Positions 17,566-28,326 of a stretch of DNA of 64,000 nt are shown in pieces. The stretch's first letter is position 1. Every line of letters starts with the position of its first letter. A program made the translations under genes and the position numbers. The notes beneath the pieces were generated by a model, which saw nothing but the letters and a program-made list of their open reading frames with translations, did no database searches and had not been told where the DNA came from. Origin of the DNA: an archaeon (GTDB taxonomy: Bacteria; Gemmatimonadota; Glassbacteria; GWA2-58-10); assembly GCA_035528795.1 (NCBI GenBank), contig DATKXY010000098.1, positions 4,215-68,214 on the forward strand, written 5' to 3'.

Positions 17566-20217
17566 TTACCCGGAAAGCTGGGCCAGGTTCTTCTCCAGCC
17601 GGGCCAGGGTCTCCAGGAAAGAGTCTCTTTTCCGGCGCTGCTTGTCAACCACCTCGGCTGGTGCGCGCTCGAGAAAATCGTGGTTGGCCAGCTTACTCTC
17701 GAGATCTGAAGCCTGAGCCCGCAGGCGCTCGGCTTCTTTTTCGAGTTTTTTTCGCTCGCGGTCCAGATCGATAAGGTCCTTAAGCGGCACAAAAATCTCC
17801 GTTTTGCCGATTACCGCCACTCCACTGGCCGCAGGCTTGCCTTCCTCCCCGATAAAATCGATCCGCTCGACCCGCGCCAGATCGTGGACAATCTGCGCAT
17901 GGCTTTCGATAATCCGCCTCGCCTCTATGTTTGCAGGAATTATTGCCAGATCAGCCCTCTTTGCCGGCGGCACGTTCATTTCGCTGCGGATGGTGCGTAC
18001 GGCGACTACCAGCTCCTGCAGGAACGCCATCTCGCGCTCGGCCTCGGGATCGGCTGAAGGGGATTCAAAATGCACCCAGGGCCTTTGGAAAATCGATTCT
18101 CCCTGGTGGGGCAGTTTCTGCCAGATTCCCTCGGTAATAAAGGGCATGAACGGATGAAGCAGGCGCAGGGAGGCTTCCAGCACGTACCACAAGACCCAGG
18201 CCATGCGCTCAGCCTGGGGTCCTCCTCCGGAGAGTTTGCCTTTGGAGAGCTCGATATACCAGTCGCAGTAGTCGTGCCAGATAAACTGATAGATCGCTCC
18301 GGCAGCGTCATTCAAACGGAAGGCATCCAGAGCTGCGCCGACTTCCCCGGCTGTTTGCTCGAGGCGGCTCAGAATCCAGCGCTCCGGCAGGTCTTCCCTG
18401 CCGAATACCGGGACTTGCAGAAGGTTCTGAGGCTCGAATCCCTCGGGAAAATTCATCAGTACGAAGCGGCTTGCATTCCAGAGCTTGTTGGCGAAGTTGC
18501 GTCCCAGATGGAACTTTTCCCGGGAGAGATATATGTCAGTGCCTGTGGCGGCGATCGAGATCAGGGTGAAGCGCATGGCATCCGCACCGAACTCCTCGAT
18601 AATCTCCAAGGGATCGATAGTGTTGCCGCGCGACTTGCTCATTGCGCGGCCTGCTTCATCCCTCACAGTACCGTGAAGGTACACATCGTAGAAAGGGACA
18701 TCGCCCGTGAACTCGAGGCCCGCCATGATCATCCGCGCAACCCAGAAAAAAATAATATCCGGGGCTGTAGAAAGCACGCTCGTGGGGTAGAAATTTTTAA
18801 GGTCCTCAGTTTCCTCAGGCCAGCCCAGGGTGGAAAAAGGCCAGAGCTGGCTTGAGAACCAGGTATCCAGGACATCCTCATCCTGGGCCAGAGTGTTTCG
18901 ACCGCAGCCCGGACAATTCTGCGGCGTAGTCTCGCTGACAACCTCCTCACCGCAAGCGCCGCAGTACCAGACCGGGATCTGGTGGCCAAACCAGATCTGC
19001 CGGCTGATACACCAGTCGCGGATATTTTCCAGCCAGTCGAAATAGATCTTTGTCCAGCGCTCCGGATGAAAACGCACGCGGCCCTGCTTGACCGCCTCAA
19101 TGGCCGGTTGGGCCAGGGGTTTCATTTTCACAAACCACTGGGTGGAAAGATAAGGCTCGATCATTGTATCACAGCGGTAGCAATGACCCACCGAATGTTT
19201 ATGGTCGCTTACTTTTTCGAGCAATTCTTGCCGTTCGAGTTGTTCGACCACCTGTTTCCGGCACTCGAAACGGTCCAGGCCCTTGAAAGGCCCTGCGCCC
19301 TCGTTCATGGTCCCGTCTTCCGCCATTACATTTACCTGTTTGAGCTCATGGCGCCTGCCGATTTCGAAGTCATAGGGATCATGCGCCGGGGTAACCTTAA
19401 CCAGCCCGGTGCCGAATTCCGGATCCACATGGCTGTCGGCGATTATCGGAATAATCCGGCCTACCAGGGGGAGTCTCAGCTTCTTGCCTACCAGGCGGCT
19501 GTACCGTTTATCCCCAGGGTTGACAGCCACTGCGGTATCCCCGAGCATTGTCTCCGGTCGGGTTGTGGCCACTTTGATCGAGCCGCCTCCCTCGGCAAAA
19601 GGATAATGGATATAATAAAGCTTGCCGTCTGTTTCCAGATGGTCCACCTCTTCATCCGCCAGGGCGGTCTGACACCTGGGGCACCAGTTAATGATATACT
19701 TACCCCTGTAGATCAGTCCCTTCTGATAAAGAAGTACGAATACCCGGCGCACAGCTCTGGAGAGCCCCTCATCCATGGTAAAACGGTAGCGGCTCCAGTC
19801 GCAGGCGCAGCCGATCCTTTTAAGCTGCCTGATAATAGTGTTCTCCCGGTCCTCTTTCCATGCCCAAACCTCATTCAGAAGAGCCTTGCGGCCCAATTGG
19901 TGGCGGTCCTTGCCCTCGGCGGCCAGTTTCTTTTCCACCACATTCTGGGTGGCTATCGCGGCGTGATCCACCCCGGGAACCCAGAGGGTCTCAAATCCCC
20001 GCATGTGTTTACTGCGAATGAAAATATCCTGAATGGTATTGTTCAGGGCGTGCCCCATGTGGAGCACCCCCGTTACATTCGGAGGCGGAATGACAATGGT
20101 GAAAGCCTCTTTATCGGCACCTGTTCTCGCCTTGAAATACTCTCTGGCTTCCCAGAACTCGTACAAATTGCTCTCGGCCTGCGATGGATCATACAGTTTA
20201 GCCAATTCTTCCGACAA
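17566..20217 (-). CDS. valS: Valine--tRNA ligase
   Basis: HIGH-type motif PPPNVTGVLHMGHA, KMSKS-type motif AMSKSRGN, C-terminal coiled coil. 883 aa. Confidence 0.97.
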   Translation of the reverse strand: MSEELAKLYDPSQAESNLYEFWEAREYFKARTGADKEAFTIVIPPPNVTGVLHMGHALNNTIQDIFIRSKHMRGFETLWVPGVDHAAIATQNVVEKKLAAEGKDRHQLGRKALLNEVWAWKEDRENTIIRQLKRIGCACDWSRYRFTMDEGLSRAVRRVFVLLYQKGLIYRGKYIINWCPRCQTALADEEVDHLETDGKLYYIHYPFAEGGGSIKVATTRPETMLGDTAVAVNPGDKRYSRLVGKKLRLPLVGRIIPIIADSHVDPEFGTGLVKVTPAHDPYDFEIGRRHELKQVNVMAEDGTMNEGAGPFKGLDRFECRKQVVEQLERQELLEKVSDHKHSVGHCYRCDTMIEPYLSTQWFVKMKPLAQPAIEAVKQGRVRFHPERWTKIYFDWLENIRDWCISRQIWFGHQIPVWYCGACGEEVVSETTPQNCPGCGRNTLAQDEDVLDTWFSSQLWPFSTLGWPEETEDLKNFYPTSVLSTAPDIIFFWVARMIMAGLEFTGDVPFYDVYLHGTVRDEAGRAMSKSRGNTIDPLEIIEEFGADAMRFTLISIAATGTDIYLSREKFHLGRNFANKLWNASRFVLMNFPEGFEPQNLLQVPVFGREDLPERWILSRLEQTAGEVGAALDAFRLNDAAGAIYQFIWHDYCDWYIELSKGKLSGGGPQAERMAWVLWYVLEASLRLLHPFMPFITEGIWQKLPHQGESIFQRPWVHFESPSADPEAEREMAFLQELVVAVRTIRSEMNVPPAKRADLAIIPANIEARRIIESHAQIVHDLARVERIDFIGEEGKPAASGVAVIGKTEIFVPLKDLIDLDRERKKLEKEAERLRAQASDLESKLANHDFLERAPAEVVDKQRRKRDSFLETLARLEKNLAQLSG

Positions 20218-20442
20218 TCTTGCCCCCTTGAACTGCCTGTCCTGCCGAATTTATCAGCAAATCAATAAATTAGCTCCAAAATTAATTAAGTCTGCCGGAC
20301 AGGTCAATTCTTTTAATCCCTGACTGAAACGGCAAATAACAATCAGCTCTTTTGCAGGTAATTTTGCAGGGATAAAGATTTCAGCGGCCTCAAAATAAAA
20401 AAACTATAGCAAAAAAGAACATAACCTTTTATTTTCATTTTT

Positions 20443-20472
20443 CTTGAAAAAGCCTGTCAAAAAATTTTATAA
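20443..20472 (+). promoter_or_regulatory. Sigma70-like promoter candidate for fhs
   Basis: TTGAAA (20443-20448), an 18-nt spacer, then TATAAT (20467-20472). Lies about 85 nt upstream of the GTG start at 20559, which is preceded by GGAGGAG. Confidence 0.45.
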
Positions 20473-20558
20473 TCTGTTCAGGATTACCTGCCCGAGATAT
20501 AAGGTAAAAACACAAAGATCGTTATAGCCAATAACAGAAATCAGAGCTGGAGGAGATT

Positions 20559-22235
20559 GTGTCCCGTTTCTTGAGCGACATAGAAATAGCCCAATCAGCC
20601 AGGATATTACCAATTTCACAGATTGCCCGGGAGATCGGGCTGAGCGATGACGATTTGGAGCTTTACGGCAATTACAAGGCAAAAATCTCCCTGGATGTTC
20701 TCAGGCGCAAACAAGGCAAAAACGGCCATCTGATCCTGGTCACAGCGATGAGCACCACTCCTGCGGGCGTGGGCAAGTCGACCGTGTCCGTGGGTCTGGC
20801 GCAGGCTCTCAGGCGCCAGGGTAAAAAATCCATGCTCTGCCTGCGGGAACCCTCGCTTGGGCCCTGCATGGGAATCAAGGGCGGAGCCGCCGGAGGCGGT
20901 TACTCGCAGGTAATTCCCATGGAAGACATAAACTTGCACTTCACCGGAGACATACACGCAGTCACTGCCGCGCACAACCTGCTTAGCGCCATGATCGACA
21001 ACCACATTCACCAGGGCAACCCTCTCGGTCTCAGCCCGCGGAGGATAATCTGGCCGCGCGCCATGGATATGAATGACCGCAATCTCCGCAATATCGTTGT
21101 CGGGCTTGGGGGGCCGCTCAACGGGGTGGCCCGCGAAGACCGCTTTGTGATCTCTGTGGCCTCGGAAGTGATGGCGATTCTCTGTCTCGCCGACAGCCTC
21201 CAGGATCTTGAAAAGAGGCTCGGACGAATCACGGTCGGTTATAACCACGACAGAGAGCCGGTTTATGCAGAACAACTCGAGGCCGCCGGAGCAATGGCAG
21301 TGCTGCTCAGGGATGCGTTCAAGCCGAACCTGGTGCAGACCCTGGAAAACGGTCCCGCACTCGTGCACGGCGGACCTTTCGCCAATCTCGCCCACGGCTG
21401 CAACAGCCTGGCGGCCACTCGTCTGGGTCTCAACCTCGCTGACTACATGGTTACCGAAGCCGGTTTCGGCGCGGAACTGGGAGCGGAAAAGTTTTTCGAT
21501 ATCAAATGCAGGTACGGTAATCTCAAGCCTGAGTGCGCGGTGCTTGTTGTCAGCGGCCGGGGGCTCAAATACCACGGCGGCCTGGCATTCGATCAAGTTT
21601 CAGCCGAAAACACCGGGGCCCTTCAAGCAGGCTTCCCCAATTTGGAGAAACAGATCGAGAATATCAGGGCTTTCGGCGTTCCGGTGGTGGTGGCCATAAA
21701 CCGCTTTCTCTCCGACACCAGGCGCGAGCTGGACCTGATAGCCGGACACTGTGAGAAACTGGGAGTCCCCTCGAGTTTCAGCGAAGTCTGGGAAAAAGGC
21801 GGAGAAGGCGGACTGGATCTTGCGGACAAGGTCATAGAGATAATTGCCGGGGGCAAGACGGATTTCCGTTTCCTTTATAACCTGGAACAGAGTATCGAAA
21901 ACAAGATAGCGACCATCTCCAGGGAGATGTACGGTGCCCAAGGGGTCGAATACACCCCTGAAGCCAGAAGAAACATTCAGAACCTCGAAAAGTTCGGTCT
22001 CGCCGGTTTGCCGATCTGTATGGCGAAAACCCAGTTCTCCCTGAGCGATAATGCGAAACTCCTGGGCCGCCCCACGGGTTTCAAGATCACCGTGCGCAAT
22101 ATCTTTCCTTCTTCCGGCGCGGGATTTCTGGTGGCCATGACCGGAGATATCATGACCATGCCGGGCTTGCCCAAAAAACCGGCTGCCACAGAGATCGGGT
22201 TAGATAAGGACGGCAGGATTTTCGGACTTTTTTAA
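20559..22235 (+). CDS. fhs: Formate--tetrahydrofolate ligase
   Basis: Opens SDIEIAQSA...I..IA. P-loop region [14 protein letters not shown]. 558 aa and collinear with Fhs throughout. Confidence 0.95.
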   Translation: MSRFLSDIEIAQSARILPISQIAREIGLSDDDLELYGNYKAKISLDVLRRKQGKNGHLILVTAMSTTPAGVGKSTVSVGLAQALRRQGKKSMLCLREPSLGPCMGIKGGAAGGGYSQVIPMEDINLHFTGDIHAVTAAHNLLSAMIDNHIHQGNPLGLSPRRIIWPRAMDMNDRNLRNIVVGLGGPLNGVAREDRFVISVASEVMAILCLADSLQDLEKRLGRITVGYNHDREPVYAEQLEAAGAMAVLLRDAFKPNLVQTLENGPALVHGGPFANLAHGCNSLAATRLGLNLADYMVTEAGFGAELGAEKFFDIKCRYGNLKPECAVLVVSGRGLKYHGGLAFDQVSAENTGALQAGFPNLEKQIENIRAFGVPVVVAINRFLSDTRRELDLIAGHCEKLGVPSSFSEVWEKGGEGGLDLADKVIEIIAGGKTDFRFLYNLEQSIENKIATISREMYGAQGVEYTPEARRNIQNLEKFGLAGLPICMAKTQFSLSDNAKLLGRPTGFKITVRNIFPSSGAGFLVAMTGDIMTMPGLPKKPAATEIGLDKDGRIFGLF

Positions 22236-22433
22236 AGGCTTACATGAAAATCCCCAAGGGATTCTCGTTCGATTTGAATTTGGAAGCCTTGCTTTTCTGA
22301 AACCTTATTTGCGGTACAAGCTTTATAATAGACTTTGTGCCTGGTGCCTCTGTCCCTTCGTGGCTTCTGCGCCTCTGTTCCTTTTTACGCCTCAGCTTGA
22401 GTTAACGGGGAATTTTCATTCCTCGGCTTATCC

Positions 22434-22856
22434 CTAGCCAGGAACCTTGCGCCCCAGCAGAACCACCACAGCCAGGGCGCGGCTCCTGTCGTGGGAAAGC
22501 GATACGTGGGCCCCGGTGACACCCATTTTTCCTGCGTGCTGTTCGGTTTTACCGTTAAAACGCAAAAAAGGCCTTCCCAGCTCGTTGTTCCAGATCTCGA
22601 TGCCTTTCCAGTTCACCTCAGCGGTCCAGCCTGTGCCCAGGGCTTTCATCCCGGACTCCTTGGCGGCAAAGCGGGCGGCAAAATGCGGATAAGGGTCAGC
22701 TTTCGAGCGGCAGTATTCGATCTCGAGTTCAGTGAACACGCGGCGCTCGAAACGGGCTCCTGAGCGGGCCTCGAGCGCTCCCTTGATCCGCTCAATCTCG
22801 ATCGTATCAATACCTATGCCGGCTATACGCTCGGCCGGCAATTCACCCTGCTGCAT
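22434..22856 (-). CDS. acpS: Holo-[acyl-carrier-protein] synthase
   Basis: GIGIDTIEIERI opening, and FAAKESGMKALG (FAAKEA.xKA-type) motif. 140 aa. Confidence 0.85.
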   Translation of the reverse strand: MQQGELPAERIAGIGIDTIEIERIKGALEARSGARFERRVFTELEIEYCRSKADPYPHFAARFAAKESGMKALGTGWTAEVNWKGIEIWNNELGRPFLRFNGKTEQHAGKMGVTGAHVSLSHDRSRALAVVVLLGRKVPG

Positions 22857-23060
22857 TTTATGCGCTCCTCTCGCTAGGCTGACTCCTCAATTCGCGTCTC
22901 TACTTGAAAATATACGCCTAAGAGTAATATATTTCTTTCTGGACTTCTATTATAAAAGTTGGCCCTTGACAAAACTTAAAACAAACGCACCATTTGATCA
23001 ATAACGTGGGCCAGACCAGAAGAATTACCTTTGATACGGCACATTTGCAGGGGAAACCCC

Positions 23061-24521
23061 ATGACGGACGACAATAAAGAACTGTTCGGCCTTCCCGGCG
23101 AGGACAGAGGCTTTACTTCTTTTTCCCCCCTTGCCGACAGGATGCGGCCTTTGGAGCTCGAGGAGTTCGAGGGCCAGGAACATATTCTCGGACCCGAGGC
23201 CGTGCTGCGCCGCATGATCGAGTCAGACCACATTTCATCCATGATCTTCTGGGGGCCTCCAGGCAGCGGCAAAACCACCCTGGCCAGAATCATCGCCAGG
23301 CAAACCGACTCTGTCTTCGTGCATTTCAGCGCGGTGACCTGCGGGGTGAAAGATATCAAGACTGCGGCTGCCCAGGCAAGCGAAAGCCTTAAACTCTACC
23401 GCAGGCGCACCATACTGTTTCTCGATGAAATCCACCGCTTCAATAAGGCCCAACAGGACGCTCTCCTGCCCCATGTCGAGAAAGGCCTGATCACGCTCAT
23501 CGGGGCCACCACTGAAAACCCCTCTTTCGAGGTAAACAGCGCCCTGCTTTCCAGGGTCAGGGTTTTTGTCCTGAAGAGACTCGAAAAAAATCATCTGGAC
23601 CGGATTGTCGAGCGGGCCCTTACGGACAAGGAGCGCGGATTGGGGAAACAGGAGCTCGAGCTTGAGGATGACGCAAGGGAACTTCTTCTGGAAGCCACGG
23701 ATGGGGATGCGAGAATCGCACTTTCGGCCCTGGAGGCGGCCCTGCTGTATTTCGAAGAAGCCGGGCAGAAACCTGCTCCCCAGCCCGTTCAGAAAAAAAT
23801 CACCCGCGAGATAATAACCCAAGCCCTCCAGCGCCGGCTCCTTCAGTATGACCGCGACGGGGACCAGCACTACGATGTAATCTCAGCCTTTATCAAATCC
23901 CTGCGCGGCAGCGACCCTGACGCTGCCCTCTACTATATGGCGCGCATGCTCGAGGCAGGTGAAGACCCGCTTTTTATCCTGCGCCGGATGGTCATTTTCG
24001 CTGCCGAAGATGTGGGGAACGCCGACCCGCAGGCCCTGCAGGTGGCCGTAGCCGCTCATCAGGCTGTCTCTGTCATCGGCCTGCCCGAAGGAGCGATTGT
24101 AATGAGCCAGGCGGTAACCTACCTGGCCACCGCGCCCAAGAGCAACTCGAGCTATGCGGCCCTCAAAAAAGCGCAGGATATCCTGAAGAAACATCCGAGC
24201 GAACCTGTGCCCCTGCATTTGCGCAATGCGCCCACCAAGATCATGGAAGCCCTGGGCTACGGCAAAGGTTATAAATACGCTCATGATTTCCCCTTCCACT
24301 TCGCAGTGCAGCAGTATATGCCGGACGCCCTGAAAGGCACGAAGTTTTACGAACCTACCAGTTTCGGATTCGAGCGGGAAATCCGCAAGCGCCTTGAGTG
24401 GTGGGAGAAACTCCGCGGCCAGGCTGAAAAAGATGAAAAAAAGAAAAATACAACTGACAAAGGCCCAAAGGGACAAACCAGCTCAGACACTAATGCAAGA
24501 CCGAAGCCAGGCAGGGCCTGA
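23061..24521 (+). CDS. rarA: Replication-associated recombination protein A (AAA+ ATPase)
   Basis: [15 protein letters not shown] Walker [12 protein letters not shown] Walker B/sensor. MgsA C-terminal block [26 protein letters not shown] prefer the ATG at 23061 (AGGGGA upstream) over the TTG at 23031. Confidence 0.92.
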   Translation: MTDDNKELFGLPGEDRGFTSFSPLADRMRPLELEEFEGQEHILGPEAVLRRMIESDHISSMIFWGPPGSGKTTLARIIARQTDSVFVHFSAVTCGVKDIKTAAAQASESLKLYRRRTILFLDEIHRFNKAQQDALLPHVEKGLITLIGATTENPSFEVNSALLSRVRVFVLKRLEKNHLDRIVERALTDKERGLGKQELELEDDARELLLEATDGDARIALSALEAALLYFEEAGQKPAPQPVQKKITREIITQALQRRLLQYDRDGDQHYDVISAFIKSLRGSDPDAALYYMARMLEAGEDPLFILRRMVIFAAEDVGNADPQALQVAVAAHQAVSVIGLPEGAIVMSQAVTYLATAPKSNSSYAALKKAQDILKKHPSEPVPLHLRNAPTKIMEALGYGKGYKYAHDFPFHFAVQQYMPDALKGTKFYEPTSFGFEREIRKRLEWWEKLRGQAEKDEKKKNTTDKGPKGQTSSDTNARPKPGRA

Positions 24522-24710
24522 GGGAAATCCGCATACGCAAGTGCGTGAGAATGAGCGGGAACGTTATGGCTCCGGATGAAATCATGACTGTATTTTCAAG
24601 CGAGTTTTGAAAATAGTGAAGCCAATAACCTTAATCTCAAGAGCTTTGCGCCTCAGTGCTATAGTTCGAAAGTTCGGAGATGTATTTTATTCATAGTACA
24701 CGAGTCCTTA

Positions 24711-24806
24711 AATGCGGCTAAGCGGTCGCCCTCTGGCAGTTCCACGGATCCAGTTTATGCGGCGGGCGGAGAATGTCTTGAGCGCCTGCACTATTTCGGG
24801 CAATCC
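24711..24806 (-). pseudogene. Internal fragment of a RayT-type (REP-associated tyrosine transposase, IS200/IS605-like Y1) gene
   Basis: The tail of ORF 24708..24953 reads LPEIVQALKTFSARRINWIRGTARGRPL. This matches the conserved mid-region of RayT proteins (..IV..FK..S.R.IN..RGT.G..vWQ) and is then truncated. No HUH motif or catalytic Tyr region is present. Confidence 0.5.
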
Positions 24807-24813
24807 AGGAGTA

Positions 24814-24918
24814 GGGGCGGGTTTTAAACCCGCCCTCCCGGCTGTGAATAATCGTGACCTTTCAGGCGAATCGAACCACGGTGATAGCTCGTTAAGGGCG
24901 GGTTTGAAACCCGCCCCT
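24814..24918. repeat. Two REP-like GC-rich hairpins (GGGGCGGGTTTnAAACCCGCCC) beside the RayT fragment
   Basis: Hairpins at 24814-24836 (GGGGCGGGTTTTAAACCCGCCCT) and 24895-24918 (AGGGCGGGTTTGAAACCCGCCCCT). Confidence 0.7.
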
Positions 24919-25082
24919 ACCAGTAAAAATGTCTGGATTGAATAATACGTCATAATATTTATGAAATCATATACTTAGCCACTCTGTGCCTCTGTGCCTT
25001 TGAGCCTTTGTGCCTGCCCATGATATACCCGGGCTTATAATTTTCGAAGCGGATAGTAAAATCTAATGCAGGAAAACAGACT

Positions 25083-27044
25083 TTGACTATTGTCAGTTTT
25101 GTGGAAATAAGCCGCATTTTCGGCGGTGTCAGGATATTCGGGCCGGCTACAGGCATTATCCGCCGCGGTGACCGTATCGGGGTGGTCGGTCCGAACGGGG
25201 CCGGGAAAACTACATTCTGCAAGGTGCTCGCCGGGCTCGATACGCCTGATGAGGGCCAGGTGCACAGGGATAAGCTGCTGCGGCTGCACTACATGGACCA
25301 GGAACCCCGTTTCGAATCCGAACAGAGCGCTGTACTGGATGAGCTGTTGGCTTCCTGCAAAGATCTGAAAGAGCTCGAGCGCCGGATCGAGGATTATCAA
25401 GAGCGGCTTGACAGCGGCGAGAGGCTCGAGGCAGAGGATCTCGAGCGTTACGGCGACTGGCTCGAGCGCTTCAGGCGCCTGGATGGCTGGAACCTGAGGG
25501 CTCGCGCGGAAAAGATTCTTACCGGAGTAGGCCTGGGGGCCGATACATTTTCAATGCCTGTAAATTCGCTGAGCGGAGGCCAGAAGAGCCGCCTTGCCCT
25601 GGCAAAGGCCCTGATCGCAGAACCCGATCTTATCTTCCTGGATGAACCCACCAACCACCTGGATCTGAGAGCCATAGAGTTTCTGGAAAATTTTCTTCTT
25701 GAAACCTCCTCCAGCGTGGTGGTGATCTCCCATGACCGGGCTTTCCTGGAAAAAGTGACCGGGAAAACTATCGAAATCCTGGACAGCAAGGTGACTGTCT
25801 TCAACGGTAATTTCAGCGCTTTCAGTAAATGGGCCCAGGCCGGGGCTGAAAGTGCAGAGCGCACGAAAAAAAACTACGAGCGCAAGAAGGAAAAAATCGA
25901 GGACTTCATCCGGCGCAATATTTACGGCCAGAAAAGCAGGCAGGCCCAAAGCCGGAGGAAAATGCTCGCCCGTCTCAAACAGCCGCCCCAGACGCGAAAG
26001 GTGAGGAACGCTCCCAAATGGGACATCAACATTGACCGGCAGTCCGGGGAGCTGGTTGTCGAGGCCCGCGGCCTGACCAAAGCTTATCCGGGCCAGGAAC
26101 CCCTGTTCGAGAACATGGACCTCCTGCTCCTGCGCGAAGAAACCCTGGCTGTGATCGGAGACAACGGAACCGGGAAATCCACCCTGCTCCAGATCCTGGC
26201 CGGCAAACAGGCTCCTGACAGGGGCAGCATCGAGTGGGGACGAGATGTCTCGACCGCTTACCTGCCCCAGCATGTCGAACGCCCGGGCGACAGCCGGCGG
26301 ATACTCGATTACCTGGCCTGCGAGGCTCCGGAACTCACTCTGGGCCAGCTGCGCTCGTTTCTGGCGCGCTTTCTTTTTACCGGCGAGCAGGTGGAACAGC
26401 CAGTGGACAGCTTGAGCGAGGGTGAATTCAGAAGGCTCCTGCTTGCGGGCCTGATTAATTCGAAAGCCAACCTTCTGCTCCTGGATGAACCCACTAACCA
26501 TCTCGATATTTACAGCCGCACAGCGCTCGAGAACGCTATGGATGAGTATCCGGGCACTGTGGTGCTCGTGAGCCACGACAGAAAACTTCTCTCCCGGCTC
26601 GCTGACCGGGTCCTCGAATTTAACTCTCCAGGCCGGATTACCGGGGAGGGTGAAAAGGATAAAGTCATTGAATATGCGGGTGATTATTCTTATTATAAAG
26701 CACAGCGGGAAAAGTCGGAGCGCCCGGCAGCGGAAAAAATTGAAAAAAGGCCAGGCGAGCCTTCAAAAGAGCAGCAAGCCGGGAAACCGGATGCAGGCCG
26801 GGAAACCGGAGAGCGAGTACTCTCGAAGAACGAGCTGCGCAAGCTGAAAGAGCGGCGTGTGACGCTCGAGACAACAATCGCCGAACTGGAGGAACGCAAA
26901 GTCCGGCTCCAGATTGAGCTTGCCTATCCGGAGACTTACAAACAGGAAGGCCGGGCGGTCGAGCTTGCGGCCGGCCTCGAGAGTCTGACAGACCGGATAG
27001 ACCAGGCTTACGAGGAGTGGGAAGAGCTACTTGAGTATGATTGA
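25083..27044 (+). CDS. ABC-F family ATPase (two ABC cassettes, no TM domain, C-terminal coiled coil; Uup/YheS-like)
   Basis: Walker A GPNGAGKTTF and GDNGTGKSTL. Signatures LSGGQKSRLALAKAL and LSEGEFRRLLLAGL. Charged linker between the cassettes. TTG start. Confidence 0.88.
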   Translation: MTIVSFVEISRIFGGVRIFGPATGIIRRGDRIGVVGPNGAGKTTFCKVLAGLDTPDEGQVHRDKLLRLHYMDQEPRFESEQSAVLDELLASCKDLKELERRIEDYQERLDSGERLEAEDLERYGDWLERFRRLDGWNLRARAEKILTGVGLGADTFSMPVNSLSGGQKSRLALAKALIAEPDLIFLDEPTNHLDLRAIEFLENFLLETSSSVVVISHDRAFLEKVTGKTIEILDSKVTVFNGNFSAFSKWAQAGAESAERTKKNYERKKEKIEDFIRRNIYGQKSRQAQSRRKMLARLKQPPQTRKVRNAPKWDINIDRQSGELVVEARGLTKAYPGQEPLFENMDLLLLREETLAVIGDNGTGKSTLLQILAGKQAPDRGSIEWGRDVSTAYLPQHVERPGDSRRILDYLACEAPELTLGQLRSFLARFLFTGEQVEQPVDSLSEGEFRRLLLAGLINSKANLLLLDEPTNHLDIYSRTALENAMDEYPGTVVLVSHDRKLLSRLADRVLEFNSPGRITGEGEKDKVIEYAGDYSYYKAQREKSERPAAEKIEKRPGEPSKEQQAGKPDAGRETGERVLSKNELRKLKERRVTLETTIAELEERKVRLQIELAYPETYKQEGRAVELAAGLESLTDRIDQAYEEWEELLEYD

Positions 27045-28326
27045 GACAAAAGAAGAACCGCAGCGGGCAGTTCTTTTCGGCACTGACAGGCCGGAGAACA
27101 GGCTTTGGGGCGATGAACCCCTGGAGGAGCTGGGCCGTCTTGCGGAAACCGCGGGTGCGGTTGTGGTTCAACGGATTATTCAGCGGTCCCGGCGGATAAA
27201 CCCGTCCACTTATATCGGCCGCGGCAAGGCAGAAGAGATAAAACTGGAGATTGAAAAAAACGGGGCGGCTCTGGCTATTTTCGACGATGAGCTTTCGCCG
27301 ACCCAGGCCAGAAACCTCGAGCAGCTTTTCGAAGTCCAGGTTCTCGACCGCTCGGAGCTGATTTTAGACATTTTCGCCAGGCATGCGCGGACCACTGAAG
27401 CCAAGCTTCAGGTGGAACTGGCTCAGCTTGAATACCTGCTGCCCAGGCTCAAGCGGATGTGGGTCCACCTTTCGCGAATCCGCGGTGGAATCGGGCTGAG
27501 AGGGCCGGGAGAAACCCAGCTGGAGACAGACCGCAGACTGATTCAAAAAAGAATTACCGGGCACCGTCACAGACTGGCGAAAATCGCCACACAGCACAGC
27601 CTCAGGCGCAAGGGCCGCGAAAACATATTCAATATCGCTCTGGTCGGCTATACCAATGCAGGTAAATCATCCCTGATGGCCGGGCTTACAGGCTGGGAGG
27701 CAATTGTTCGCGATCAGCTGTTCTCGACACTCGACACCACGACCCGTAAGATAGAGCTTCCCGGCGGGCGGGAAGTCCTGCTTTCCGATACGGTGGGGTT
27801 TATCAGCCGGCTGCCGCACGACCTTTTCGCCTCTTTCAAGGCCACTCTGGAGGAGGTTTACGAAGCCGATCACCTGCTGATTGTGGTGGATATTTCCAAT
27901 CCCAATTACAGCGAGCGGATCCAGGTGGTGGAAGGGGTCCTGCAAGAGATAGGCGCCGGCTCAATCGAGCGGACTTTTGTTTTCAACAAGACAGACCTGA
28001 TCGAGGACCGCCAGGCGATTTTCAAGATAGCCGAGCACTATCCGGGAGCCGTTTTTTCCTCGGCGATCAAGGGAGAAACAGGGGTGAGACATGTCAGAGA
28101 CCGGATAGGGCTGATCATCGAGAATCAGGAGACCGAATTTTCGATCAGCCTCGATCCGCAGGAGGGCTGTCTGCTGGCCTCTTTCCATCGCCTGGGCCAT
28201 GTTATGGAGTGGAAGATGCAGGACGGGCGTGTTTCGCTGCGCGTGCGGATGCTGAAGCCGCTTGCCCAAAGGCTTCTTTCCGGAACCCCCTATGCCGGAC
28301 AGATCAGCGGAGGTAAATTTGATTAA
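27031..28326 (+). CDS. hflX: GTPase HflX
   Basis: HflX N-domain ([35 protein letters not shown]). G1 motif [11 protein letters not shown]3 motif DTVGFI. The start overlaps the ABC-F gene end by 14 nt. Confidence 0.92.
   Translation: MSMIETKEEPQRAVLFGTDRPENRLWGDEPLEELGRLAETAGAVVVQRIIQRSRRINPSTYIGRGKAEEIKLEIEKNGAALAIFDDELSPTQARNLEQLFEVQVLDRSELILDIFARHARTTEAKLQVELAQLEYLLPRLKRMWVHLSRIRGGIGLRGPGETQLETDRRLIQKRITGHRHRLAKIATQHSLRRKGRENIFNIALVGYTNAGKSSLMAGLTGWEAIVRDQLFSTLDTTTRKIELPGGREVLLSDTVGFISRLPHDLFASFKATLEEVYEADHLLIVVDISNPNYSERIQVVEGVLQEIGAGSIERTFVFNKTDLIEDRQAIFKIAEHYPGAVFSSAIKGETGVRHVRDRIGLIIENQETEFSISLDPQEGCLLASFHRLGHVMEWKMQDGRVSLRVRMLKPLAQRLLSGTPYAGQISGGKFD

Noticed and set aside
18982-20268. 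428-aa + strand ORF inside valS. Similar long antisense ORFs lie inside fhs (20616..21596), the ABC-F gene (25551..26576), metX (36325..37446), the large GH-like gene (55962..56873 and others), 58017..58982 and 62703..63431.
   Set aside because: Each lies opposite a gene with unambiguous family motifs. Such shadow ORFs are expected in GC-rich coding DNA, and none has recognisable motifs.
20218-20558. Looked for a T-box (valS) or a THF/other riboswitch (fhs) in the divergent intergenic region. Also looked for a SAM riboswitch upstream of the met operon (38851-39500).
   Set aside because: I could find no conserved riboswitch core sequences, such as the T-box AGGGUGGNACCGCG or SAM-I junction motifs. 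Only a sigma70-like promoter for fhs is visible.
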